The notes beneath the pieces are model-generated. The model saw only the letters and a list, made by a program, of their open reading frames with translations, did not search any database and had not been told where the DNA came from. A stretch of DNA of 64,000 nucleotides from an uncultured Gemmatimonadaceae bacterium. Lineage in GTDB: Bacteria; Gemmatimonadota; Gemmatimonadetes; Gemmatimonadales; Gemmatimonadaceae. A program made the position numbers and the translations under genes. The stretch is taken from NCBI GenBank assembly GCA_963790305.1, contig CAWBOC010000010.1:96001-160000 (forward strand). Direction: 5' to 3'. Positions 48,627 through 58,129 of this stretch are shown piece by piece (within the stretch, counting starts at the first letter, position 1; each line of letters starts with the position of its first letter).

Positions 48627-49876
48627 CAAACGACTCCTATCCGTTCAGTGGCGCTGAACCCGGGGAAGAGGGCCGACGCATCCACCGCGCCCAGATGTGA
48701 CCTAACGACTTCGCCGAACACTGAACGGAAATCCGTCGTGAGCGCCAGGTCGCGGCCCTCGTAGAGCTGTTCGCGCGCGAGCCCGGGCCACCGGCCGTAG
48801 ACCTTCCCGCCCTTCACCGAGCCGCCGAGTACGAACATCGCTCCGGCGTGCCCATGGTCCGTTCCCCCATTTCCATTCTGCCGCGCCATGCGACCGAATT
48901 CGGTCATCGTCAGGATCAGCACGTCCGCCATGCGATCGCCAAGATCGGAGGTCAAGGCGGCGACGGCGCCTGCGAAATCACCCAAACGGTTCGCGAGCTG
49001 GCCCGTCGCCCCGCCCTGATTCACGTGAGTATCCCAGCCGCCTACGTCGGCGAACGCGATCTCGAGACCGACGTCCGCCTTGATGAGCTGCGCGATTTGC
49101 AGCAGGCGCTGCCCGAACTGCGAGCGCGGATACACCGCCCCGTTCTCCGGGCGATAGCGTTGCGGGTTCGCCGCACGCAGCATCTTCACGGCATCGAAGG
49201 TCTCCGCACCGGCGCCATGGATAATGTCGGCGCGTCCGGTACGGTACAGCGCTTCGAGACGCTCGGCGTCAGAGCCGGCTGCGCGAATCGTGAAGTCATT
49301 CAGCGACGACATCGCGATCACGGGCGCGGGGCCGGCGAGAATGCGTGGAGTTTGTTCCGTCATCGTCACGGCCCGGAACGGCGCCACGGCCTTCGCGTCG
49401 CACTCGGCGCACGTTCCCCGGGCTGCCAGGTACCGGTTGAGCCACCCGTCCGGCGTGTTCTTCAGATCCGGGGTCCCGCTCTCCATGTAATCCTGCGCGT
49501 CGAAATGCGAGCGCGTGGCGCTGGGACTACCGACGGCGTGGATGGGTGCGAGCATACCGCGCTGATATAGCGGCTGCAGTGGTGCCAGCGCGGGGTGCAG
49601 GCCGAAGAATCCGTCGAGGTCGAGCGCCGCCTCCGCTCGCGCGCCGGGTCGCGGAATCGCGATCGTCGGCCGTAGCGCGTAATACTCGGCGTCGCCATGC
49701 GGGACGACCATGTTGAGCGCGTCAGCCGCGCCGCGCTGGAAGAGCACCACGAGGATCTTTCCCCGCGCAGCCCCGCGCAGCTCGGTGGCGAACGCGGTAC
49801 GTCGGAGAAAGGTCGGATTGAGCCCGAGGGTGACGAGCGCGAAGGCGCCAGACCGGAGGAAGACTCTACGTTGCAT
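48626..49876 (-). CDS. DUF1501 family Tat-exported protein
   Basis: QRRVFLR Tat-like motif, RSHFDAQ, GGWDTH, TEFGR, GTDHG. Confidence 0.88.
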   Translation of the reverse strand: MQRRVFLRSGAFALVTLGLNPTFLRRTAFATELRGAARGKILVVLFQRGAADALNMVVPHGDAEYYALRPTIAIPRPGARAEAALDLDGFFGLHPALAPLQPLYQRGMLAPIHAVGSPSATRSHFDAQDYMESGTPDLKNTPDGWLNRYLAARGTCAECDAKAVAPFRAVTMTEQTPRILAGPAPVIAMSSLNDFTIRAAGSDAERLEALYRTGRADIIHGAGAETFDAVKMLRAANPQRYRPENGAVYPRSQFGQRLLQIAQLIKADVGLEIAFADVGGWDTHVNQGGATGQLANRLGDFAGAVAALTSDLGDRMADVLILTMTEFGRMARQNGNGGTDHGHAGAMFVLGGSVKGGKVYGRWPGLAREQLYEGRDLALTTDFRSVFGEVVRSHLGAVDASALFPGFSATERIGVV

Positions 49877-49882
49877 AAGAAG

Positions 49883-49903
49883 GCGAATGCGGAATGCGGA
49901 TTG
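49883..49903. repeat. Single-arm family B heptamer tract
   Basis: GCGAATGCGGAATGCGGATTG between DUF1800 and DUF1501. Confidence 0.55.
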
Positions 49904-49906
49904 TTG

Positions 49907-51685
49907 TTAACGCCGTTGGAATTCTGGCGCGCCTAACGCGAGGCCGATGATCTCCTTCAGACCATCGAGGTTCACCGGTCGGGAGAGCGGATCGCGGCGA
50001 TTCCGCCCTGCCGGTGCCATCTCCTCCTCCACGAGCGTTGGATCGGGGGCGAGCTCGGTCGTCGCGAGCGGGTTTTCCCCCCGCTCGAGGATTCCGCGGG
50101 ACTCGACACTTGCTTCGCCGCCGAGAAATCCCGCAATTACCCCGTCGACCTGCGCGGCGCGCGGAACGGAGGACAGCTCAGCGTATCGCGGCCATCGCTC
50201 CGGGCGCGCGCTCGGAATTGCGCCGCCCGCCATCGCCAGGCCGAAGTTGATTCGATTGAGGATGGCGCCAGTGTTGATCCAGGCGTCGCCCCGCTCCGGC
50301 CACCCGTTCGGAGCCTGGTGCAGAAACAGCGGCTGCCCAAGTCGCGCGACCACCTGGGCGGACCGGGCCGTCATGTCAGGAGTGGCGTTCATCACGCGCA
50401 GTGCACTCACGACGAGCTCGAATGGCGACTTCACCTTCGCGCGATACGCAGCCGACGCAAAGAACTCCTGCGATGTCACGATCGTGCGCACCACCTCGCG
50501 AATGTCGCCCTGAGTTCGCCGGAACGTCTCCGCCGCGCGATCCACGAGCGAGGCCGGGGGATCATCACTCACGAATCGCCGCGCAAGCTTGGTGGCAATG
50601 AAGCGCGCGGTGGACGGGTGCGCTGTCAGGATATCGAGGACCGTCTCGCCATCCTCCATCCCGTGCCCCGCGCCGATTCGCTGTCCCAGGATCACCTTCT
50701 CGCCGGCATCGTGCATGGCCGACCGGAAAATGAATCCCCCGCTCCGGCGCGGCTGCTCCAGCGTCCACCCCGTGAACGCACGCGCCACGTTGATGATGTC
50801 CTGCTGCGTGTAACCGCCGTCGACGCCAAGGGTGTGGAGCTCGAGGAGCTCACGGGCGTAGTTCTCGTTGAGGCCACGGCGGCGATCAGCGGGAATGCGG
50901 ACTGCGGATTGCGGATTGCGGATTGTGCGACGACGTCTCGCAGGCTGGCGATCGCATTCCGTATTCCGCATTCCGCATTCGAGGCTAGGTCTTCCCTCTT
51001 CGACGGAGCTTTGCCAGTTGTCGAGGTAAAACAGCATTGCCGGACTCTTCGCGACCGCGCCGAGGAGGTCTCGGAACCTTCCGAGCGCGTGCGGTCGGAT
51101 GGCTTCACGCTCGTATGCCGCGATGAAGTACCGCTCCGGTCCCTTGCCGGCGAAAACGGTAAAGTGATTCTCCCAGAAGTCGACCATCACCTCTTCGAGC
51201 TGGCGCTCGCTCGCAACCGCGCGCGCTACCTTGGCGATCTGCATCTCGGCTAAAACGCGGCGGGATTCCTGGCCGGCGCGCCGGAGCTCGAGCGAGTCGT
51301 CGCGCGACATGTCGGTGCGGCGCATCTGCGCCCGCACGACCTGCGGCGGTGGGTACCGTTCGAGCAGCTCCCGCGACGACAGCGAGAGCGTTGGCAGATC
51401 ACGAACGATGCGCTCCACCGCCGTGTCGCGGATGCGCGAGGGCTGAAGCTGGAGCGCGATCCACTGATCGACCCCGATCGCTCGCACGCGGTCGACATCG
51501 CCGGGCCGTGCGCCGAACGCAAGCCGGTTCAACGTGTGTCGGACCTGCTGGTCGGCGGTCTGCTCGCGCGGCTCGGTCGCAATCGCGGGCTCCGGGGCGC
51601 GGACGCCGTCGGACGACCCCGCTGGGGCACAAGCGATCCCGACTCCAGCAATGAGACCAAGCAGCCCACGTCGTACAGAAGTCAT
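49907..51685 (-). CDS. DUF1800 family protein
   Basis: LNRLAFG, FWENHF, PAMLFYLDN, NENYARELLELHTLGV, PEFQRR; upstream of DUF1501. Confidence 0.9.
   Translation of the reverse strand: MTSVRRGLLGLIAGVGIACAPAGSSDGVRAPEPAIATEPREQTADQQVRHTLNRLAFGARPGDVDRVRAIGVDQWIALQLQPSRIRDTAVERIVRDLPTLSLSSRELLERYPPPQVVRAQMRRTDMSRDDSLELRRAGQESRRVLAEMQIAKVARAVASERQLEEVMVDFWENHFTVFAGKGPERYFIAAYEREAIRPHALGRFRDLLGAVAKSPAMLFYLDNWQSSVEEGRPSLECGMRNTECDRQPARRRRTIRNPQSAVRIPADRRRGLNENYARELLELHTLGVDGGYTQQDIINVARAFTGWTLEQPRRSGGFIFRSAMHDAGEKVILGQRIGAGHGMEDGETVLDILTAHPSTARFIATKLARRFVSDDPPASLVDRAAETFRRTQGDIREVVRTIVTSQEFFASAAYRAKVKSPFELVVSALRVMNATPDMTARSAQVVARLGQPLFLHQAPNGWPERGDAWINTGAILNRINFGLAMAGGAIPSARPERWPRYAELSSVPRAAQVDGVIAGFLGGEASVESRGILERGENPLATTELAPDPTLVEEEMAPAGRNRRDPLSRPVNLDGLKEIIGLALGAPEFQRR
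50892..50980. repeat. Family B palindromic element in-frame inside DUF1800
   Basis: GGAATGCGGACTGCGGATTGCGGATTGCGGATTG ... GCATTCCGTATTCCGCATTCCGCATTC. Confidence 0.85.
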
Positions 51686-51695
51686 CGTCGGATAC

Positions 51696-51739
51696 CCTCG
51701 AGCACCTTGAGCACCTCGAGCACCTTGAGCACCTCGAGC
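51696..51739. repeat. Tandem 9-mer CCTYGAGCA (family A variant)
   Basis: About five tandem copies alternating CCTCGAGCA/CCTTGAGCA. Confidence 0.8.
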
Positions 51740-51822
51740 CTGCAGTTCAATAGACGCCCGGCTCGATGGTTCGTTAATCGACCTCCGATGGCCCTCGATT
51801 TGCGCCCAGCCGCACGTGGAGG

Positions 51823-52902
51823 ATGCCAATGACCCGACATATCATACCGCTTTTGGTGCTCGCCGCGGCCTGCTCGGTGGAGAAGGCCGATCGCGACGCG
51901 ACCGACACGACCGCCACGCCGCCGCCGGCGGATACCGTACCACGCGCCGATACCGCGCGCGGTGTCGTGTTCGACACCACCCCGGCGATGGCCGCGACAG
52001 ACTCCGGCAACGTGCTCATGGGGCCCGAGGAGATACGACGCGGCGGAGTAGTGGTGGCCGTGGCGCAGGGGCTCACGATCGAAAGCCCGCGATGCGCATG
52101 GAAGGGCGCCCCGCTTCCGTGCTACCGGACTCCCGCCGGCGTACGCGCGCTCGTACCGCTGCCCGCCGATGAGCCCGGCGGCCGGTACGCTTTGGTCATC
52201 GAACGACCAGCCAGCCGCATTACCCGGGAGGTGACGGTCGCGGAGTCCAACTTCGAACAGGAGCTCATTTTCCTGGACGACTCGATTCACGCGCTCCTCA
52301 AGCGGGGGCGAGACATCGCGCGCGATGCGCGTGCCGTTCGCCGCGTACTCGAGACGGAAACCCCGGAGCAGCATTGGTCGGGCGCGTGGCGAATGCCCCT
52401 CGAGGGTGGGAAGTCATCGAAGTATGGCGTCGAGCGGTTCTACTATCGCGCGTCCGATTCCACGCGGGTGGTCCGGCTCGAGCCGTCGGCCCGTGCCCGC
52501 GGATCATTCGGCGCCGACACGGTGTCTGCCGCGCAGGACGTGCCGGCCTGGCGTCACGCCGGCGTCGATATCGCCGCTGCCCGTGGAACGAGCGTTCGCG
52601 CACCACAGGCTGGCGCCGTCGCCGAAGTTGGAGATTACGTACTGACCGGCAGGACCCTCATATTGGACCATGGTCAGGGAGTGCACTCCGCGTATTTCCA
52701 CCTCGATACTGTCCTCGTCCGTGAAGGCGATGTGGTGCGAAGGGGCGCGACGCTCGCGCGCGTGGGCGCCTCGGGGCTCGCCACCGGCCCGCACCTGCAC
52801 TATGGGATCTACCTTCACGGGAAGGACGTGGATCCGGCGGTCTGGCACGCGATCGCGGCCAGCACGCTCGATCCAGGCGCCGCTCGCACCGCGCCTCGTT
52901 AG
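51823..52902 (+). CDS. M23 family metallopeptidase lipoprotein
   Basis: Lipobox LAAAC; HAGVD, YFHL, TGPHLHY. Confidence 0.9.
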   Translation: MPMTRHIIPLLVLAAACSVEKADRDATDTTATPPPADTVPRADTARGVVFDTTPAMAATDSGNVLMGPEEIRRGGVVVAVAQGLTIESPRCAWKGAPLPCYRTPAGVRALVPLPADEPGGRYALVIERPASRITREVTVAESNFEQELIFLDDSIHALLKRGRDIARDARAVRRVLETETPEQHWSGAWRMPLEGGKSSKYGVERFYYRASDSTRVVRLEPSARARGSFGADTVSAAQDVPAWRHAGVDIAAARGTSVRAPQAGAVAEVGDYVLTGRTLILDHGQGVHSAYFHLDTVLVREGDVVRRGATLARVGASGLATGPHLHYGIYLHGKDVDPAVWHAIAASTLDPGAARTAPR

Positions 52903-52926
52903 GGTCTGTGTCGACCGGGGGCGCTC

Positions 52927-54135
52927 GTGAAGCGCCACCCGGTCGCTGTCGTTCTCCTCACCGTCTTCGTCGACCTCCTCGGGTTCGGCATCGTTCTGCC
53001 GATCCTGCCCTTCTACGCACAGCGGTACGGCGCATCGCCAGTGCAGATCGGGGCGATCATCGCCGCGTTCTCGCTGATGCAGTTCCTTTTCACCCCGGTG
53101 TGGGGCCGCGTCTCCGACCGCGTGGGCCGCCGTCCCGTCATTCTCGTCTCACTCTTCGGCTCGGTCGCGAGCTACCTGCTCTTTGCCCGCGCCGAGAGTG
53201 TCCTTGCGCTGCTGGGGTCTCGCATGCTCGCTGGCGTCGCGGGGGCCAATCTCGCCGCCGCGCAGGCATACATCGCCGACGTCACCACTCCCGAGACGCG
53301 CGCACGCGGCATGGGTTGGATCAGTGCCGCCTTCGGGCTCGGGTACATGCTCGGCCCCCCAATCGCCGCGGTCGTCAGCGTCCGGTGGGGCGTGCACGCG
53401 CCGGGCTACGTCGCGGCGGCGCTCGCCTTCATCAACCTCGTGCTCGCGCGCCTGTGGCTGCCCGAGGCAGTTCCAACCGCCGACAAGTCGCTCATGCACC
53501 GCACGTTCGACCCGCGCCTGTTGCACCGCGTGCTCAAACGACCGGTGCTGGGCGGCGTGACGCTTTCCATGACGGCCGTTGCGCTGGCGACCTCCGGCGT
53601 GACGGCGATGCTCGCACTCTACCTGCAGGCGCGCTTCGCGTTCGACGCGACTCATACCGCGTGGGTATTCTCGCTGATCGGACTGACCTCGTCGGCGATC
53701 CAGCTCGGTCTCGTTCATACCCTCGTCACGCGGTTCGGCGAGAGGCGGATCTCCATCACCGGGATCGCGCTGCTGGCCGTTTCGCTCCTCGCGATCGCCC
53801 TGGCCCCAACGCCTGGGATCCTCCGAGTCGTGATGGTGCTCTACGCCGTCGGCTTCGCTCTCACGGGTCCGAGCGCTCTGAGCCTGGTCTCACGGGCGGC
53901 CAGTGAGGGCGAACAGGGTATGGTCATCGGCGTTGTCCAGTCGCTGGGGGCCCTGGCGCGGGTCGTCGGCCCGATGGCGGCTGGCGTCGCCCTGGGGCGC
54001 CTGGGCGCCGGCGCCCCCATGGTGGCCGGCAGTATCGTATGCGCGTTGGCGAGCGTCTATATGTGGCATCATCTCCGTCCCAAATCCCGCGCCGGCGAAG
54101 TGGCCGGACCCGCCGCTCTCCCTGTTGGGGACTGA
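52927..54135 (+). CDS. MFS transporter (DHA1/TetA-like)
   Basis: WGRVSDRVGRRP, AQAYIADVT, GYMLGP. Confidence 0.9.
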   Translation: MKRHPVAVVLLTVFVDLLGFGIVLPILPFYAQRYGASPVQIGAIIAAFSLMQFLFTPVWGRVSDRVGRRPVILVSLFGSVASYLLFARAESVLALLGSRMLAGVAGANLAAAQAYIADVTTPETRARGMGWISAAFGLGYMLGPPIAAVVSVRWGVHAPGYVAAALAFINLVLARLWLPEAVPTADKSLMHRTFDPRLLHRVLKRPVLGGVTLSMTAVALATSGVTAMLALYLQARFAFDATHTAWVFSLIGLTSSAIQLGLVHTLVTRFGERRISITGIALLAVSLLAIALAPTPGILRVVMVLYAVGFALTGPSALSLVSRAASEGEQGMVIGVVQSLGALARVVGPMAAGVALGRLGAGAPMVAGSIVCALASVYMWHHLRPKSRAGEVAGPAALPVGD

Positions 54136-54168
54136 AGGACGACGCAGTCCTTTCCGCTCCGAGGCATC

Positions 54169-57100
54169 GTTATCCGCATCGACGACCTGACGAAGCTGCC
54201 GCTTCGTAGCGCGTTCATCGAGCAGCTCACGGCCGCGCTCGAGATCGCGTCGGCCACAGGCCAGCCGGTGTCGCTGCTCGTCATCGACATCGATCTCTTC
54301 AAGCTGGTGAACGATACCTACGGTCACCTGCAGGGAGATCGTGTGCTCGTCGAGATCGCGGAGCTGCTGCGGCAGAACCTGCGCGCCGACGACCTGGCCG
54401 CTCGTTATGCGGGGGATGAGCTCGTCGCTCTCCTGCCGAATACGCCGGCCGACCGCGCTCGCGAGGTCGCCGAGCGACTGTGTGCCGCCGTGCGCGGACA
54501 TGCCTTCCAGGTGCGGGACCGCGACGAGCGTCTGTCCACCAGTATCTCGATTGGCGTCGCGACCTCTCCGGAGAACGGTGTCGACCCGGACGCGCTGTTC
54601 GCGGCCGCTGACCGCGCGCTCTATCAGGTGAAGCGACAAGGGCGCGACGGTGTCGCCGTCGCGACCGCCGGTGCAGCCGACAGCGGTCATCTGCCCCTCG
54701 GAATTGAGCGGTTCGTGGGTCGCGTGAACGAGCTGCGTCAACTCGTGAGACTGCTCGACAATGCGAAGGCGGGGCGTCCGGCCATCGTCGCCATCGCGGG
54801 CGAGGCGGGCATCGGCAAAACGACGTTGCTGCGCCAGCTCGAGCCCGAGGTCCGACTGCGGTCGGGCTCGCTTGTCATCGGACGAGGGCGCGAGGCCGAC
54901 GTTCAGCCGCCCTATGCTCCGTGGGCGGAAGTACTGTCGGCCATTCGCCGAACCACGCCGCAAACCGATCGAACGTGGCACGAGCTCCCGCATCTCGTGC
55001 CCGCACTCGCCGCGAGCGACCGGCCGGCGCCGGGCTCGCGCGTCGGCAGCAAGTACATGCTGCTCGAGGAGATCTCTGAGTACGTGCGAACGGCGGCGCG
55101 CGACCGCCTGCTCGTCATCGTGCTCGATGACGTCCAATGGGCGGATTCAGCCTCGTGGGACATGCTCGAGTTCCTCGTCGGACAGCTCGGATCCGAGCAC
55201 CTGCTCATCTGCCTGACGATTCGTGCCGAGGAGATGCAGGGGGAAACTCTCGAACGTCGCCGCCGACTCTCGCGCAATGAGCGCTTTCGCGAGCTCACCC
55301 TGTCTCGCCTCGCGCGTGACGAGCTCAAGCAGTGGCTTCAGGCCGCCTTTCATCGACAGGAGATCGGCCGCGAGCTGCTCGCGTTCCTGTACCACCACAC
55401 CGAGGGTAATCCACTCTTCGTCGTTCAGGTGCTGCGTACCCTGGTCGAGGAAGGTTCGATCTGGCACGATCGCGACCATTGGGAGTGGCGCCCCGTGTCG
55501 GAGCTCCGGCTCCCGGTCGCGATCACCGACCTCATCTCGCGGCGTCTCTCGCGCCTTTCTGCGAAAGCACAGGCCGTCCTGACGACCGTGGCCGTCATCG
55601 GCCGCGAGTTCGATCTCGACCTCGCCATCGAGGCGAAAGCGGGCACCGAGGCGGAGCTGCTCGACGTGATCGATGAGGGAATGCGGGCCTCGGTGCTTCA
55701 GCCTACCGCGGCGCGGGGAGGCGATCGATACGCGTTCGCCCACGTCCTCATGGCCGAGGTCCTCACCGAGTCCGTGAACGCCCGCCGCCTGCGGCGGATG
55801 CACGAGCAGGTCGCTCAGGCCATGGAGCGTCTGACGCCTGACGCCATTGCCGAAATCGCGACGCATTACGACCGCGGTGGGGTTGGAACCAAGGCGTACG
55901 AGTATGCCATGCTCGCCGCCGAGCGTGCGCGACTCGTGTACGCCCACCAGGAAAGTGCCGACTTCTTGCGCATCGCCGAGCGTAACTCGAGCTCTGCCGC
56001 CCAGCTGGCCGAGGTTCGTGTGCGGCGGGCCGAGGTCGCTGAGTCGGTGGGTCGTTATGAAGAAGCCGAAGAGATGTGTGATCTGGCCATCGAGTGGTTC
56101 ACCGGACAGGGAGAGAGCCGGCGCGCGATCTCGCTGCGCCGGATGCGAGAACGGGTGCGGGCACTGCTTGGCCAGCCGAACGCGAGGACGCTCGAGCACT
56201 GCCTCGCCCTCGATGCAGAAGCTCTGGCGCACGGCTTCGACGACGAGCGCGTTTCGCTCCTCACCATGATCTCGCAGACGTACGGCCGCCTCGGCGACCG
56301 CGTCGAGGCGGAGCGCGTTGCCGTTGAGTGTGTTCGCATCGCCCAACAACTCGGGGATCCGCTGCGACTGGCGGAGTCGCTCAACCGCCTCGGGATCACG
56401 CTGGCGCAGGACGAGCCGGCCCGCGCCATCGAGCACTACGAGCGTGCGCTGGCCCTCTTCGAGCGCGCCGGAGACCTCGTGGGACAGGCGCGATGCCGCA
56501 ACAACATGGGCATCGTGTACTCGAGCCTCGGCAAGTGGCAGCGCGCGACGGACGAGCTCACCGCATCGATGTCGCTGGCGCGGAGCGCGGGCACGCCCGA
56601 GCAGACAGGGACCGCCGGGATCAACCTTGGCGTCGCCCATCTGAAATGCGGCGATTTCGAGCGTGCGCGCGAGCTGTTCGGTGAGGCGCTCGCGATCTTC
56701 GCGGCGCAGAAGAGCACCGAGCGACAGCTGTACGCGCTGTACAACCTCGCGCACCTCGATCGCGAGCGTGGCGAACATGCGTCGGCGCGCGAGCTGTACG
56801 ACGTGGTGCTCGGCATCGCACGAGGGATCGGCCAATCCGATGTCGAGCTGGGCGCACTCGCCGGCGAAGGGCTGGTGCTGCTGCGCATGGGATTGGTCGA
56901 CGATGCCCGCGTCTCGCTCAATGACGTGGAAGCGCGGATGCAGGCGCGGCCCGACTGGTTCCAGGGACGCGAGCTTGCGGAGGCGCTTCGTGTCCGCCTC
57001 GCAGCGCTCGAGTCCATGACCGGTGCAGTGTCAATGTTCTATCGCGCGCTCGCGCTCGCCGAGACGACCGACTTCTATGGCGCGGCGTGGCTCATCGCAG

Positions 57101-57234
57101 AATGCGCCGACATCCTCGATGCACACGACCGCGCGCTGCTGCGCAGCTCCGTGAATCGTTTCGCCCCGCAGGTGAAGAGCCAGGGCTATCACGGGATGAG
57201 CCGTCGATATACCGAACTGCTCTCTCGGGAATAA
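54169..57234 (+). CDS. GGDEF + AAA/STAND ATPase + TPR signalling protein
   Basis: DDLT...IDIDLFKLVNDTYGHLQGD...AGDEL; Walker A GEAGIGKT; LDDVQWAD; GNPLFV; C-terminal TPRs. The domain begins before the first canonical start (54268), so the start is uncertain. Confidence 0.85.
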   Translation, partial: VIRIDDLTKLPLRSAFIEQLTAALEIASATGQPVSLLVIDIDLFKLVNDTYGHLQGDRVLVEIAELLRQNLRADDLAARYAGDELVALLPNTPADRAREVAERLCAAVRGHAFQVRDRDERLSTSISIGVATSPENGVDPDALFAAADRALYQVKRQGRDGVAVATAGAADSGHLPLGIERFVGRVNELRQLVRLLDNAKAGRPAIVAIAGEAGIGKTTLLRQLEPEVRLRSGSLVIGRGREADVQPPYAPWAEVLSAIRRTTPQTDRTWHELPHLVPALAASDRPAPGSRVGSKYMLLEEISEYVRTAARDRLLVIVLDDVQWADSASWDMLEFLVGQLGSEHLLICLTIRAEEMQGETLERRRRLSRNERFRELTLSRLARDELKQWLQAAFHRQEIGRELLAFLYHHTEGNPLFVVQVLRTLVEEGSIWHDRDHWEWRPVSELRLPVAITDLISRRLSRLSAKAQAVLTTVAVIGREFDLDLAIEAKAGTEAELLDVIDEGMRASVLQPTAARGGDRYAFAHVLMAEVLTESVNARRLRRMHEQVAQAMERLTPDAIAEIATHYDRGGVGTKAYEYAMLAAERARLVYAHQESADFLRIAERNSSSAAQLAEVRVRRAEVAESVGRYEEAEEMCDLAIEWFTGQGESRRAISLRRMRERVRALLGQPNARTLEHCLALDAEALAHGFDDERVSLLTMISQTYGRLGDRVEAERVAVECVRIAQQLGDPLRLAESLNRLGITLAQDEPARAIEHYERALALFERAGDLVGQARCRNNMGIVYSSLGKWQRATDELTASMSLARSAGTPEQTGTAGINLGVAHLKCGDFERARELFGEALAIFAAQKSTERQLYALYNLAHLDRERGEHASARELYDVVLGIARGIGQSDVELGALAGEGLVLLRMGLVDDARVSLNDVEARMQARPDWFQGRELAEALRVRLAALESMTGAVSMFYRALALAETTDFYGAAWLIAECADILDAHDRALLRSSVNRFAPQVKSQGYHGMSRRYTELLSRE

Positions 57235-57361
57235 CGACCGCGTCTCGCCGGACAGCGTGACCGAATTGCGCCTGCGACAGATGGCGGCGCTATTTCGTGA
57301 AAATCCCCTAACGACACTTCTGGCTTGGAGTTGTGCGCACTGCGAAGTGGCGGTGCCATCG

Positions 57362-57377
57362 TGGTATGCGCCCTGCT
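57362..57377 (+). promoter_or_regulatory. Candidate sigma54 -24/-12 promoter
   Basis: TGGTATGCGCCCTGCT has GG-N10-GC spacing upstream of the lipoprotein gene. Confidence 0.3.
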
Positions 57378-57432
57378 TTTCCCAGGGCCACAGGTAGTAG
57401 TCCCCCCGGACTCTCTTTCGGAAAAGGTTCGC

Positions 57433-58080
57433 ATGCTTGCTCGCCATATTCGCTGGAGCACGTTGATCGCCCTGGTGGCCATTACGGCTGCCTGTGCCGA
57501 CGACTCCGTGTCACCGCTGTCTCCGAAGACGGATCGGCTGCCGGGCGGAGCCCCGAACATGCTGATCGTCATCAATCAGATGGCTGCCGACGAGCGCTCC
57601 GGTGAATTCACGGTCGATCAGGGCGGCGGCTATTTCCGCATGGGCAAGCACGGAATCGTGTTCCCGCGCAACGCCATCTGCGATCCGGCGCGGTCGGAGT
57701 ATGGACCGCACGCGTGGGACAACGAGTGCCCGGTTCTGCGTGAGCCGATCCGGATTCGCGCCGAGCTTCGCACGCAGGATGGTCGCGAGTGGGTCGACTT
57801 CACGCCCGAGCTTCGCTTCCGCCCGTCGCGCAATCCGTACGAGTGGGTGTGGATCTACATGCTCGTTGGCAGCGCGCAGTTCAACGAGTCGCTGAACATT
57901 CTCTGGTCACCGGCGATTGGTATCCCGGGCATCGACGAGTCGCTGCAGGATCCGACGCAGCGCACGTACGTGGCGGGTGGGTACGCGTACCGTCGCATCA
58001 AGCACTTCAGTGGGTACAACGTGACGTCCGGACGCGCGGTGTCCGACAATGCCGCACGAGAGGTTTCGCCGGACCAGTAA
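57433..58080 (+). CDS. Lipoprotein with a beta-rich ZU5-like domain and a C-terminal HFS motif
   Basis: Lipobox TAAC; GG...IVFPRNAI (ZU5-like start); DFTPELRF; RRIKHFSGY. Confidence 0.75.
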   Translation: MLARHIRWSTLIALVAITAACADDSVSPLSPKTDRLPGGAPNMLIVINQMAADERSGEFTVDQGGGYFRMGKHGIVFPRNAICDPARSEYGPHAWDNECPVLREPIRIRAELRTQDGREWVDFTPELRFRPSRNPYEWVWIYMLVGSAQFNESLNILWSPAIGIPGIDESLQDPTQRTYVAGGYAYRRIKHFSGYNVTSGRAVSDNAAREVSPDQ

Positions 58081-58129
58081 CCAATGGGTGGTGGGGTGGG
58101 GTGGTGGGGATGCGGGGCGTGGCCGACGG

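Noticed and set aside
54133..54153. Selenocysteine TGA with a SECIS hairpin
   Set aside because: The stem is short and starts at the stop, and the position is a low-complexity tail rather than a catalytic Cys site.
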